Assembly: GCF_006345805.1 (NCBI RefSeq)
Contig: NW_021836537.1
Coordinates: forward strand, 1-24,216
Source of the DNA: Octopus sinensis
Lineage: Eukaryota
Direction of reading: 5' to 3'
Length of the DNA stretch: 24,216 nucleotides
Positions within the stretch are counted from its first letter, which is position 1. Every line of letters starts with the position of its first letter. Below the pieces are notes generated by a model. It had not been told where the DNA came from. It searched no databases and saw only the letters and a program-made list of their open reading frames with translations. Below are positions 1 through 10,208 of this stretch, piece after piece. The position numbers and the translations under genes were made by a program.

Positions 1-54
1 AGCCATTATATTGATAAACACTTGTATTTATGATATTGTATGAGTAGTCACAGA

Positions 55-180
55 CATGGTTTTCTTGGTTAAGTAATTTGATTCTCATAGACGATGCGGT
101 TCCAGGTTCGATCCTGTTTTGCAGCATATTGGGCAAATGTTTTCTGCTGTATGTTTTCTTCTTGTGTTTATCAACGATGC
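55..180 (+). mobile_element. Degenerate tRNA-derived SINE 5' fragment
   Basis: tggttaagtaatttg...ggttccaggttcgatcc (B-box-like) followed by ttgggcaaatg; resembles the better-preserved SINE head at 21488-21600. Confidence 0.5.
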
Positions 181-289
181 CCTGTGAATGTCTGTCTGTC
201 TATCTATCTATTAGCGTATATACATGTACAAATACATACATACATACATGTATATAAATACATGACTTCGCCATGATAGATCGCTATTT

Positions 290-445
290 ATTTTCTCTCC
301 TTGTTTCTTTCTGTGTTCCTTTCCGTGGAAGTGCGTAGGCTCGAAACATTAAAGCCTTTTACATTTCCCGAGCGCTATACTAATACATCTGTTTCTTGTC
401 TACACCACCTGTCTTCGTATTTTTTTTTGTGAATTCTCCCCCTGT
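290..445 (+). mobile_element. Penelope-like/retrozyme-like terminal repeat, copy 1
   Basis: Pyrimidine-rich unit containing gttcctttccgtggaagtgcgtaggctcgaaacattaaag; a related copy starts ~290 nt downstream. Confidence 0.5.
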
Positions 446-559
446 ATATATTTATATATACATATGTACATAGATACGTATACATACAAATAATTGTATC
501 TATGTTATATTTGTATGTATTGCCCGCTAAATCCACAATTTAAAAAATTCTCTCTCTGT

Positions 560-726
560 TTTTTATTCTCTCTCTTTTTTTATTCTCTCTGTTTATTTCA
601 TCATGTTCCTTTCTGCTGAAGAGCGTAGACTCGAAACGTAAAAGACTTTCTCATCTTCCCGATCGTCAAAATAATGTACCTGCTTATTGTTTATATATCT
701 GTCTTTGTCTTTTGTTTTTCTGTGAA
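560..726 (+). mobile_element. Penelope-like/retrozyme-like terminal repeat, copy 2
   Basis: gttcctttctgctgaagagcgtagactcgaaacgtaaaagactttctc...cttcccgatcgt; colinear with copy 1 through to ...gtgaat. Confidence 0.5.
609..644 (+). ncRNA. Minimal type I hammerhead ribozyme-like motif with one core mismatch
   Basis: Helix I CUUU(609-612)/AAAG(641-644); core CUGCUGA (613-619; consensus CUGANGA); stem II GAG(621-623)/CUC(630-632); GAAA (633-636); palindromic ACGU helix III; GUA cleavage triplet (638-640). Confidence 0.5.
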
Positions 727-732
727 TGTATG

Positions 733-957
733 TAAGTACTCCACAGACATGCATACCCTTAACGAATCTCTCAGAGGGATTCTGTTTGACACAGGATGTG
801 ACAAGGCTGGCCCTTTGAATTACAGATGCTACTCATTTTTGCCAGCTGAATCGACTGGTGCAACGTGAAATAAAGTGTCTTGCTCAAGGAAACAACGCGT
901 CGAACTTACAACCTTAAGATCGTGAGCCGATGACCCTAACCATTAAGTCACGTGCCT
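733..957 (-). mobile_element. tRNA-derived SINE with CORE-like middle
   Basis: Plus strand shows aagtgtcttgctcaaggaaacaac and tcgaacttac...gaccctaaccattaagtcacgtgcc, the reverse complement of an A/B-box head plus CORE-like segment. Confidence 0.75.
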
Positions 958-959
958 AT

Positions 960-985
960 GTATATACATACATAAATATATATAT

Positions 986-1024
<39 letters not shown>

Positions 1025-1086
1025 CACACACATATATGTATACACACACACATATATGTATACACACACCCACACATATATATATA
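960..1086. repeat. (TA)n/(CA)n compound microsatellite
   Basis: Direct reading. Confidence 0.95.
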
Positions 1087-1089
1087 TCC

Positions 1090-1294
1090 TTCCCGAGTCA
1101 TACGCTCTTAAGGCTGGTTTCTGTGGCGTATATATATTATTCCTCCCTGCATAAGACGCCGGCCTATAAAAGAGTTCTCAACGTGAAACGAAGTGTTTCG
1201 TTCGAGAACACAACGCATCTCCTGGTCCAGGAATCGAAACCACAATCCTACGATCATGAGTCCAAAGCCCTAGTCACAAAGTCACTTGCGCCTC

Positions 1295-1295
<1 letters not shown>
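1090..1295 (-). mobile_element. tRNA-derived SINE, internally deleted
   Basis: ggctggtttctgtggcgta matches the reverse complement of the tail at 14103-14120; ggaatcgaaacc is a reversed B box; cacaacgc...cctagtcacaaagtcacttgcgcctc is a reversed head. Confidence 0.7.
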
Positions 1296-1296
<1 letters not shown>

Positions 1297-1327
<31 letters not shown>

Positions 1328-1435
1328 ATTCACACACACATTCACACACACATCAATGTATGTCTATACACATACATACATACACACATACATAGATATA
1401 TAGATACATAGATACATAGATACATACATATATGT

Positions 1436-1500
<65 letters not shown>
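1297..1500. repeat. (CA)n/(TAGATACA)n/(TA)n microsatellite
   Basis: Direct reading. Confidence 0.95.
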
Positions 1501-1504
<4 letters not shown>

Positions 1505-2000
1505 AGCACTTTCCTCTATGTCAATCTCTCATCAACTTCTACAAGTATCACTTGAAGAGGAAGGTGAGAGTAGAGAGGGAAGTTTTGTCAAGTGAATGTA
1601 TCAAATAAAGATGGGTGAATGTAGCAGGGATGGCAAGTATGAATGACGGAGCCACCTTGAGCATAATCCTATGAACTAGATAAAGATTGGAAAAAAGAGT
1701 CATTTACTGTAATATGTTTTTTGCATGACATTGCCCGAGGTTACCGTGGTCTTTTCTGTAGGCTTTTCTTTCCACGGATAAACCTAATCTGTTTCCCATT
1801 TTACACTATGACATTTCTGTGACACACGATCCCTATTGCTCGGCTTCCCCCTTATTTCTTTTTTTTTCTTTTTTTCTTTTTTTTCACGATCCCTTTAGAT
1901 CGAAATTCTACCCTCCACCTTTTTTTCTTTACTTCCCAAAAAGAAAAGCTCTACTTTGTATTTTATCCCCACTGTGTTCAGCCCTGTGTGGCCAATAAAG
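1501..2000 (+). mobile_element. Non-LTR retrotransposon 3' end, L1/Tx1-like ORF2 C-terminus plus 3' UTR
   Basis: Frame from 1501 reads QSLINFYKYHLKRKVRVEREVLSSECIK*RWVNVA...IIL* (stop 1672-1674), then a T-rich UTR and AATAAA at 1994-1999. Clade assignment is by recollection of Tx1-type C-termini. Confidence 0.5.
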
Positions 2001-2010
2001 TAACATATAT

Positions 2011-2011
2011 A

Positions 2012-2079
<68 letters not shown>

Positions 2080-2092
2080 TCTATCTATATAT
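2011..2092. repeat. (TCTG)n(TCTA)n microsatellite
   Basis: Direct reading. Confidence 0.95.
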
Positions 2093-2189
2093 CTAGTTAA
2101 TGATACATATTAAGCATATATTGAGCATATATTTAACAGAATACCATAGCATTATTGTAAAATTTATTGACATTATGAATTATTTAGCC

Positions 2190-3099
2190 ACATGAGCGCC
2201 ATTTCGACGGATAACTTCAAAAACCCTATTAGTCATGGAATCTATCAGATTCGATGGTCGCTTATAAGACATCTTTCGACGTAAATTGGCATCCATCGGC
2301 ATAAATATCTTGTTTAATGATGGACCAAAGATTTTTGATAGGGTTGATGCCATATTACCCTAGTAATGTTTGGGTGGTCCTAGCAGAGTGGGAAGGAGCG
2401 TTGTCATGCATGAATACGAGATTCTTTAGAAGTGACAGCAGTATGTATGTCATCTAGCCAGGGATCCAAGACCTCCTTCAAGAGATTGCAGTAGGCGGCT
2501 ACTGTCACTTTAACTCCTTCAGGCACTCTGACTGGTCCAACAAGTCTGTCCACAGTGATACCAGCACACAATGTGACTCCTCCATCCTGTTGCTAACGTT
2601 GTGAACGCTGGTAACGTTCATCTCCAAAGTAGACCCAACCGTCAGGCTCGTCAAGGGTCACCCTGGTTTCGTCAGTAACCAGAACATAACTCATGTCTAA
2701 CGTCAAGTACTTTTGGACCCGTTGAAGTCTCAAACTCCAGTGACGGAGCGTTAAAGGAGGCACTTTTAGTTCTCGCACGGAAGCCATGGTCCTGAGGATG
2801 CAATTTCTGGTGGTTTTCGATACACGAGGAAGTCCTGAGTCGTTGAAAATGGCTTTGCTTGTTTGTCCAGGTTTTCAACGTAACTTGCGGCCAATATTCC
2901 TTAAATCCCTGGCTGTCACAGTCTTGACGGTGTCACAATAGGATCATTTTTTTCTTGGCAAAGAGTCCTTCAGGAATCGTATAACCGTGTCCACATGACG
3001 ACCTAACCTCTCCGCAATGACATGAAGAGAGGTGCCTTTAGCACTTTCCTTGATAACGACAGACTTTTCTTCCTTGTTAGGGCCTTTTCCACGTCCCAT
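2190..3099 (-). mobile_element. Tc1-family DNA transposon, transposase pseudogene
   Basis: ATG at 3099: MGRGKGPNKEEK...IAERLGRHVDTVIRFL (HTH); VLVTDETR (first D, 2671-2673); GGVTLCAGI; VFMHDNAPSHSA (second D, 2403-2405); NPIKNLWSIIK (E mutated to K). Several stops and frameshifts. Confidence 0.9.
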
Positions 3100-3343
3100 T
3101 GTTCTTAGAGAGGAGAGACACTATTAGTGTGGTTCACTCCAAAACTGATGAATCTGATATAAAAAAGAAAGGACGTTACATAGAATAATAAAAACATAAC
3201 AATGGTGTTGCCATGGTGTGCAAACCAGCTAGGAAAAGTCTTACCAAAATAGATTAACAGAAAACCGAGAAATCCTAATTTTCACCCCTAAGCTATTAGC
3301 GTGGGTTTGGGTGTATATATATATATATATATATATCTACAAA

Positions 3344-3500
3344 AGTTTTCTTCCAGTTTCCGCCTACCAAATTCATTCACAAGGCTTTGGTCGACTCAAG
3401 ACTATAATAGAAGGCACTTTCCCAAGGTGCCACATGGTGGGACTGAAACCGGTACCATGTGGTTGGGAAGCTAGCTTTTTACGACAGAGTCACGCCTGTA
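3344..3500 (-). mobile_element. tRNA-derived SINE, 5' half
   Basis: cagtttccgcctaccaaattcattcacaaggctttggtcg...cccaaggtgccacatggtgggactgaaacc...accatgtggttggg; same family as 19405-19577 and 21488-21640. Confidence 0.85.
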
Positions 3501-3552
3501 ATAATTTTATTTTATAAACTTTATTTTGTTATCTTCTGCACCTGATCGCCAT

Positions 3553-3615
3553 GTCCGTGGAAAAATTCTCCTGCATAAAACCAATCTTTGGTGCCAAAAT
3601 TGTTAGGAACCGCTG
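3553..3615. mobile_element. hAT-Charlie-type transposon terminus
   Basis: gtccgtggaaaaattctcctgcataaaaccaatctttggtgccaaaattgttaggaaccgctg closely resembles, from memory, the subterminal and terminal sequence of Charlie3/MER1-type hAT elements ending in ...ACCGCTG. Confidence 0.65.
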
Positions 3616-3934
3616 CCTTACAGCCAACCTCGAGTGCTAATAGCCTTAATTGCCATCTCTTCTGCCTACAATCCTACAAAATGCTTCTGGTACTTGGCGC
3701 GATTTCATTTAAAGACTTGATTTCACCCTTCGCGATGTATATACGTGTGTTACAGAGTATATAGTTATAGTAAGCAGCTCTGTAAAGACTTCGAAGATTT
3801 TACCAAAGATGAATTCCATGTCAGTATATGCACTAATTTAATCATGGTTTACATCCGTTTGACGAATTCACTTCGACGAAACATGCAATATTTCGTCAGG
3901 AATTATTAAATCTAATCAATACATGCATTCATAT

Positions 3935-4031
3935 ATGACTATGTATGCTTGTATGCGTCTATGCATGTATGTATGGATGAATGTAAGTATACATATATAC
4001 ATGTATGTATGAATATATGCGAATACATGCA

Positions 4032-4116
<85 letters not shown>

Positions 4117-4137
4117 GTCTGTCTGTCTGTCTGTCTA

Positions 4138-4183
<46 letters not shown>

Positions 4184-4201
4184 CGCCCGTCCGTCTGTCC
4201 T

Positions 4202-4300
<99 letters not shown>

Positions 4301-4410
4301 GTCTGTCAGTCTGTTTGTCTATGTGTCTGTCAGTCTGTTTGTCTATCTGTCCGTCCGTCTGTCTGTCTGTCTGTCCGCCCGTCTGTCTATCTATCTGTCT
4401 ATCTATCTAA
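3935..4410. repeat. (TATG)/(TATC)n/(TCTG)n compound tetranucleotide array
   Basis: Direct reading; source of the spurious YLSI/VCLS ORFs. Confidence 0.95.
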
Positions 4411-4489
4411 TGACAGATGCTTAGAATAGAAAAGAAGACTGATGAGTGCTTTATATATGTTTCTGTGTGTCTGTGTGTGTGCGTGTGCA

Positions 4490-5195
4490 TGAGGGAGACA
4501 GAGAGAGAGAGAGAGACAGACAGAAGGAAAGATGGAGGGAAAGAGAGGGAGAAAGAGGAAAGGAATGAGGGAGGGAAAGAGAGGGAGAAAGAGGAAAGGA
4601 ATGAGAGAGGGAGAACAGACAGAGAGGAGGCAAGATAGTGGAAGATAGGGTGATAGAAAGAGGTGGTGTGTCTTTAGTAGAGAGATGGAACTAGAGAGAG
4701 AGTGAGAGAGAGAGATACTGAGAGATAGAGATAAATTGATAGACAGATAAAGAGAGAGGTAGACGGAGAGAGGGAGAAAGAGAGAGAGTGAGAGAGAGAG
4801 AGATACTGAGAGATAGAGATAAATTGATGGACAGATAAAGAGAGAGGTAGACGGAGAGAGGGAGAAAGAGAGAGAGTGAGAGAGAGAGATACTGAGAGAT
4901 AGAGATAAATTGATGGACAGATAAAGTGAGAGAGGTAGACGGAGAGTGAGAGAAAGAGGGAGAGGGAGAGAGAGAGAGGGAGAAGAAGGCAGAGGATGAG
5001 AGATAGGGGACTGGCGGGGTTATTATCAGGAACATGGAATCAGAGATGAACACACCGATAGATGAGACACAAGCTAAATGGATAGACAAATAGAGATAGA
5101 GAGAAGAGGGAAGCGAGAGAGAGAAGGAGAGAGAGGGAGAGAGAGGGGGAGAGAGAGGAGAGAGAGAGAGAGAGAGGGGAGGGCAGTGAGTAAGA
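4490..5195. repeat. Purine-rich (AG) tract with an 86-88 bp minisatellite (~3 copies, ~4693-4950)
   Basis: gatactgagagatagagataaattgat recurs at 4714, 4802 and 4888. Confidence 0.9.
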
Positions 5196-5319
5196 GATAA
5201 TCGGATTTAGAAAGCAGTTTTAGAAAATATGGCAGTAAATCTTTGAATGTTTCAGCTTGGTTTAACAGATTTGACAAAGTTTAGTTCGCAAAAATTGAAA
5301 AAAAAAGAAAAAAATTCAT

Positions 5320-5431
5320 GCACACATACATATATACATGCATACATGCATACATGCATACATACATGCATACATTGCACACATACATACATTCACGCGT
5401 GCATATATCCATACATGTGTGTGTGTGTGTG

Positions 5432-5500
<69 letters not shown>
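5320..5500. repeat. (CATA)n and (GT)n microsatellites
   Basis: Direct reading. Confidence 0.95.
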
Positions 5501-5506
<6 letters not shown>

Positions 5507-5635
5507 ATACTTGAATACATGTAGATTTACATAATTTATATGTACTTGCATATATATAGATTTATATAACATAAATACAGAAATACCTACATATATACAC
5601 TATTACATTTATATTTATATACATAAACATAGATA

Positions 5636-5659
<24 letters not shown>

Positions 5660-5676
<17 letters not shown>

Positions 5677-6360
5677 AATACATACACATATATATTGAAT
5701 ATATATATATATTATTTCCGTTTGTCTCTTCGATTTTTCTAATCCTTCAATCCCGCTGCCCCCACCTCTCTCTCCTTTCACATGACCGGTATTCAACCAG
5801 GCATGATCTTTCTTTCTTGGCCTGACTGCCGATCACTAACACCTCTTTATATCCATCTGATATGTTCCTGCCTTTATGCTTTCACTTTATCATACAACCC
5901 AGCTCAACGATTCATTCTCAGTCGAAAGACACCTGTTGTTATACTCTTGTTGTTTGTATTTCTAATTGTGTACCATGTTCTCCGTTGTCTTTGCTGCTGT
6001 ACATATTCGCCAGCTTGTTTTACAAAAAATCCAATGCTCTTAGATTAGAGTTTTTTTTTTGGGGGGGGGGGGGGCAACCAGATCGAAATATCTCAAGTCT
6101 AACTGCCCGAAACAGTAAGGACTTCTGGTAACTTGACTGAAGAAAGAAGGCCACGAATGACTCATCTATTTTGCTTGTCTTTATAGTTGTTGTTTCACTT
6201 GTTCGCCTTTGTATCGTCTGTCTTTCCGAATGTTTTACTGTGCTCTCTCTCTCTCTCTCCCTATATATATTATATATATGTATGTATATATATACATATA
6301 TACACACATATATACATATACATATATATATACATATATATAATATATATACATACATAT

Positions 6361-6410
<50 letters not shown>

Positions 6411-7142
6411 ATAAATACATACACATATATATTGAATATATATATATATTATTTCCGTTTGTCTCTTCGATTTTTCTAATCCTTCAATCCCGCTGCCCCC
6501 ACCTCTCTCTCCTTTCACATGACCGGTATTCAACCAGGCATGATCTTTCTTTCTTGGCCTGACTGCCGATCACTAACACCTCTTTATGTCCATCTGATAT
6601 GTTCCTGCCTTTATGCTTTCACTTTATCATACAACCCAGCTCAACGATTCATTCTCAGTCGAAAGACACCTGTTGTTATACTCTTGTTGTTTGTATTTCT
6701 AATTGTGTACCATGTTCTCCGTTGTCTTTGCTGCTGTACATATTCGCCAGCTTGTTTTACAAAAAATCCAATGCTCTTAGATTAGAGTTTTTTTTTTGGG
6801 GGGGGGGGGCAACCAGATCGAAATATCTCAAGTCTAACTGCCCGAAACAGTAAGGACTTCTGGTAACTTGAACTGAAGAAGAAGGCCACGAATGACTCAT
6901 CTATTTTGCTTGTCTTTATAGTTGTTGTTTCACTTGTTCGCCTTTGTATCGTCTGTCTTTCCGAATGTTTTACTGTGCTCTCTCTCTCTCTCTCTCTCCC
7001 TATATATATATATATATGTATGTATATATATACATATATACACACATATATACATATAATATATATATATATAATATATATATATATACATACATATATA
7101 CATATACATATATATATACATACATACATACATATATATATA

Positions 7143-7150
<8 letters not shown>
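5660..7150. repeat. Near-identical direct tandem duplication, ~737 bp unit x2
   Basis: Identical ORF starts at 5782 and 6519 and identical translated products apart from one residue; each unit has a T10-G12/14 run and a terminal (CT)(TA) microsatellite. Confidence 0.95.
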
Positions 7151-7187
<37 letters not shown>

Positions 7188-7413
7188 CCGCTCCGAATGG
7201 CGTTCCGTTGATAAATAAAAGATGTTTCTCTTATTTATACATAGTTATCAAAACAGACAGGGTGTTGTTGTTTGGGACAAAAAAGAAAATGTATATAAAA
7301 TATAACGTGTCTTGAATGGCACAACAATGCAGAGTGGACTATAATAACTGTTATAATTTAATTATCCATAGTCTGATATAATAATAATATTTCAGAATAT
7401 CAAAATTCCTTCT

Positions 7414-7596
7414 TCAGATATCGCTAGGAATTGATCGAGTCACTGCTATAGTCGGTTTTCCATCGGTTAATGACATTTTTTTTACCAGAATCGTCTCTGC
7501 AGTGGTCTCACGAAGCTCCTTCCGGAATTCCTCATGAAAAGTGCGTGAGGGCGACCATGTCTCAATCTCGTGTGTGTTGGCACATCCGCAGCGCGG
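7414..7596 (-). CDS. Candidate terminal coding exon, unknown protein (PRCGCANTHEIETWSPSRTFHEEFRKELRETTAETILVKKMSLTDGKPTIAVTRSIPSDI*)
   Basis: 60 open codons coincide with a GC/CpG-enriched island; sharp boundary at acceptor tttaaaAG|C (non-optimal AAG); phase 0; TGA at 7416-7414. Confidence 0.45.
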   Translation of the reverse strand, partial: PRCGCANTHEIETWSPSRTFHEEFRKELRETTAETILVKKMSLTDGKPTIAVTRSIPSDI

Positions 7597-7649
7597 CTTT
7601 TAAATTATGTATTATACGTGCAGTTTCTTTTTTTTTCTTTTCCATAGGG

Positions 7650-7950
7650 CTCAATTGTCTTGTTTAAGTAAAAATCTCCTTGAAAATTAAAGAGGAAGAA
7701 GATAACTATGGAGAATTGCTTCGAAACCTCTAGCTTCTGCATCCAGATTATAAATTCACATTTATACCAAAAATAATTAGTGCTCATAGTTTTGCGAATG
7801 ACAACTTGTGACAACTTGGATATGGTAAAGTGACAAGTTGGATAAGGTAAAGTTTTTAAAAAATCAATCAAATCGCATAATTTACAGATAAAATCTATAA
7901 GAGGAATAGTAAAACTATACAAGACTTTTCTCAAGTTTAAAATGTGACAC
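7650..7950 (+). mobile_element. Restriction-like endonuclease (R4/Dong-type) non-LTR retrotransposon, 3' fragment
   Basis: ISLKIKEEEDNYGELLRNL*LLHPDYKFTFIPKIISA...LQIKSIRGIVKLYKTFLKFKM*, a typical RLE C-terminus, with stops and a frameshift. Confidence 0.65.
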
Positions 7951-8176
7951 TGTTTTTATAATCTACATTCCAACGATGGAACATTGCATTTTCGTTAGAA
8001 ACCATCTCCTTTTTTAGAGGAAGAATTAAAATAATCAAAAATAGAATATACATGCATTACATAGACATACATACACACATACATACATGCAAGCATGCCC
8101 ATATATGTGTAAGAAGAGCGTTGTAGTTCACTTGAAGCATTTTGATTCAGAGGTAAGATAACAAGCTATGACGAAA

Positions 8177-8312
8177 GAGAGCTTCTAATACTGAGATCTT
8201 CTAATACTGAGAGCTTCTAATACTGAGAGCTTCTAATACTGAGAGCTTTTAATATTGAGGGCTTCTAATACTGAGAGCTTCTAATACTGAGAGCTTCTAA
8301 TACTGAGAGCTT
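8177..8312. repeat. 16 bp minisatellite GAGAGCTTCTAATACT x8.5
   Basis: Head-to-tail copies with few substitutions and no spacers. Confidence 0.95.
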
Positions 8313-8663
8313 GTGGAAAAGTCAAGTTGAATAACCTTTCTATTTTTCTTGCATAAAGACCCATCTCCAGAGGTGAACGGTTTAGAAATATGTGTTTATG
8401 TAAATCTTGCTATGTAATTTGAAAATACATGGCAGAATTTTAGGAGAGTGGGCGATCATATCGATGCTCTGCCATTCGCTCATGAGATCGTTTAAGCGTT
8501 TAGAAGAAGGTTTAATTAAAACCTTGATTTAATTGATCTATCGTTGTAGATAGAAAGGTGGATAATTGCTAGTTATAAACACTGGCTAAATTATAGTCGC
8601 CTGTAGTTTTCAGCTCTTAACAAATTCACCTTACATCATATAACTTGTTACAGTTAAACACAA

Positions 8664-8861
8664 ATGTGCACGCGCACACACACACATCACACAAACACAC
8701 ACATACACACAGATGCAAAACGCACATCTACAACGCACATATATACGCAAAAACACAATTGTCCACCTTTTCTTCTACTTTACTTTGATTCCATCCCTGT
8801 CTATGTATGTATGTATGTATGTATGTATGTATGTATGTATGTATGTATGTATGTATGTATG

Positions 8862-8895
<34 letters not shown>

Positions 8896-8968
8896 TGTAT
8901 GTATGTATGTATGTATCTATCTATCTATCAGTCTGTTTGTCTGTTTGAGCACATCACAGCAACATTCA

Positions 8969-9021
<53 letters not shown>

Positions 9022-9022
9022 C
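8664..9022. repeat. (CA)n, (TATG)n and (TA)n microsatellites
   Basis: Direct reading. Confidence 0.9.
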
Positions 9023-9083
9023 ATAAAAATAATAGCGAAGGTCGTATGATATTAGCGGAGAAGGCAGAAAAATAAAAACTCAC

Positions 9084-9125
9084 TTCATCAGCCAACTTTA
9101 ATGTGGAGTCATTTCGATTTCGGCG
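9084..9125 (-). CDS. Candidate 42 nt symmetric internal exon (RRNRNDSTLKLADE)
   Basis: cattttacaAG|CGC...GAA|GTGAGT; only frame 0 is open; consensus donor. Confidence 0.4.
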
Positions 9126-9537
9126 CTTGTAAAATGTTGGTATCGTTCACACAAAGAGAAAGAGTGTATGAACAAAGATGTTTTCGACTTATGACAAAGA
9201 CAAATACGGAAAATACTCTCGTAGATTGAAAATATAGACAACTTTCGTCCGGGTGTAGAACCTGAATGAGAACTATTAATATATACAATCTAAGCTGGTG
9301 AATTGAGTTGTGAGAGAGTCAGATTAACTTATATAGGTATTTGTTCCGACTTTCTACACCTTGAGTACCCCAAATCCAACATTGCTGCATATGATTTCTG
9401 GCTTCATAAATGAATTACCACTTCGGGTTTCGGGGATTGAAAAAAAATATTATAGCATCAGACGAGATACCTTGTAGTGTTTCGTACATCCTTGTGCTCT
9501 GTGCGCCATAGAGCACCATAATAAGAGAAAAAATCTA

Positions 9538-9585
9538 ACAATAACAATAATAATAATAATAATAATAACAACAACAACAACAACA

Positions 9586-9634
<49 letters not shown>

Positions 9635-10121
9635 TGATGACGATGATGATGACGACGACGATGATGACGACAACGATGATGACGACGACGATGATGACGA
9701 CGACGATGATGATGACAACGATGATGACGACGACAATGATGATGACGACGATGATGATGACGACGATGATGACGACGACGATGATGACGACGATGATGAT
9801 GACGACGACGATGATGACGACGACGATGACGACGACGACGATGATGACGACGACGATGACGACGACGATGATGATGACGATGACGACGATGATGATGACG
9901 ACGACGATGATGACGATGATGATGATGACGACGACGATGATGACGATGATGATGATGACGATGATGATGACGACGATGATGACGACGACGACGACAACGA
10001 CGACGACGATGACGACGATGATGATGAACGACGACGACGATGATGACGATGACGATGATGATGATGACGACGACGACGATGACGACGATGACGATGACGA
10101 CGACGACAACGATGACGACGA

Positions 10122-10155
<34 letters not shown>

Positions 10156-10161
10156 AATGAC

Positions 10162-10193
<32 letters not shown>

Positions 10194-10208
10194 CGACGAC
10201 GACGACGA
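9538..10208. repeat. Compound trinucleotide array (AAT)n(AAC)n then mosaic (GAC/GAT)n, ~670 bp
   Basis: Direct reading; explains the poly-S, poly-D and poly-T/M ORFs. Confidence 0.97.

Noticed and set aside
2100-3312. Terminal inverted repeats for the Tc1 element
   Set aside because: No matching inverted pair found by eye; the left end appears lost.
3949-4424. YLSI/VCLS repeat ORFs; similar ORFs at 10661-11128, 8664-9075 and 17347-18042
   Set aside because: Microsatellite artefacts.
5782-6785. Duplicated 88 aa ORFs MTGIQPGMIFLSW...
   Set aside because: No recognisable domain; identity simply reflects the tandem duplication.
7397-7537. Plus-strand peptide FLLQISLGIDRVTAIVGFP resembling a GPCR TM3 DRY region
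   Set aside because: Spacing of the conserved L and P is off, the frame stops soon after, and no other TM exons were found; the minus-strand frame fits the GC island better.
8177-8312. CRISPR-like regular repeat
   Set aside because: Contiguous 16 bp units without unique spacers; eukaryotic context; no cas genes.
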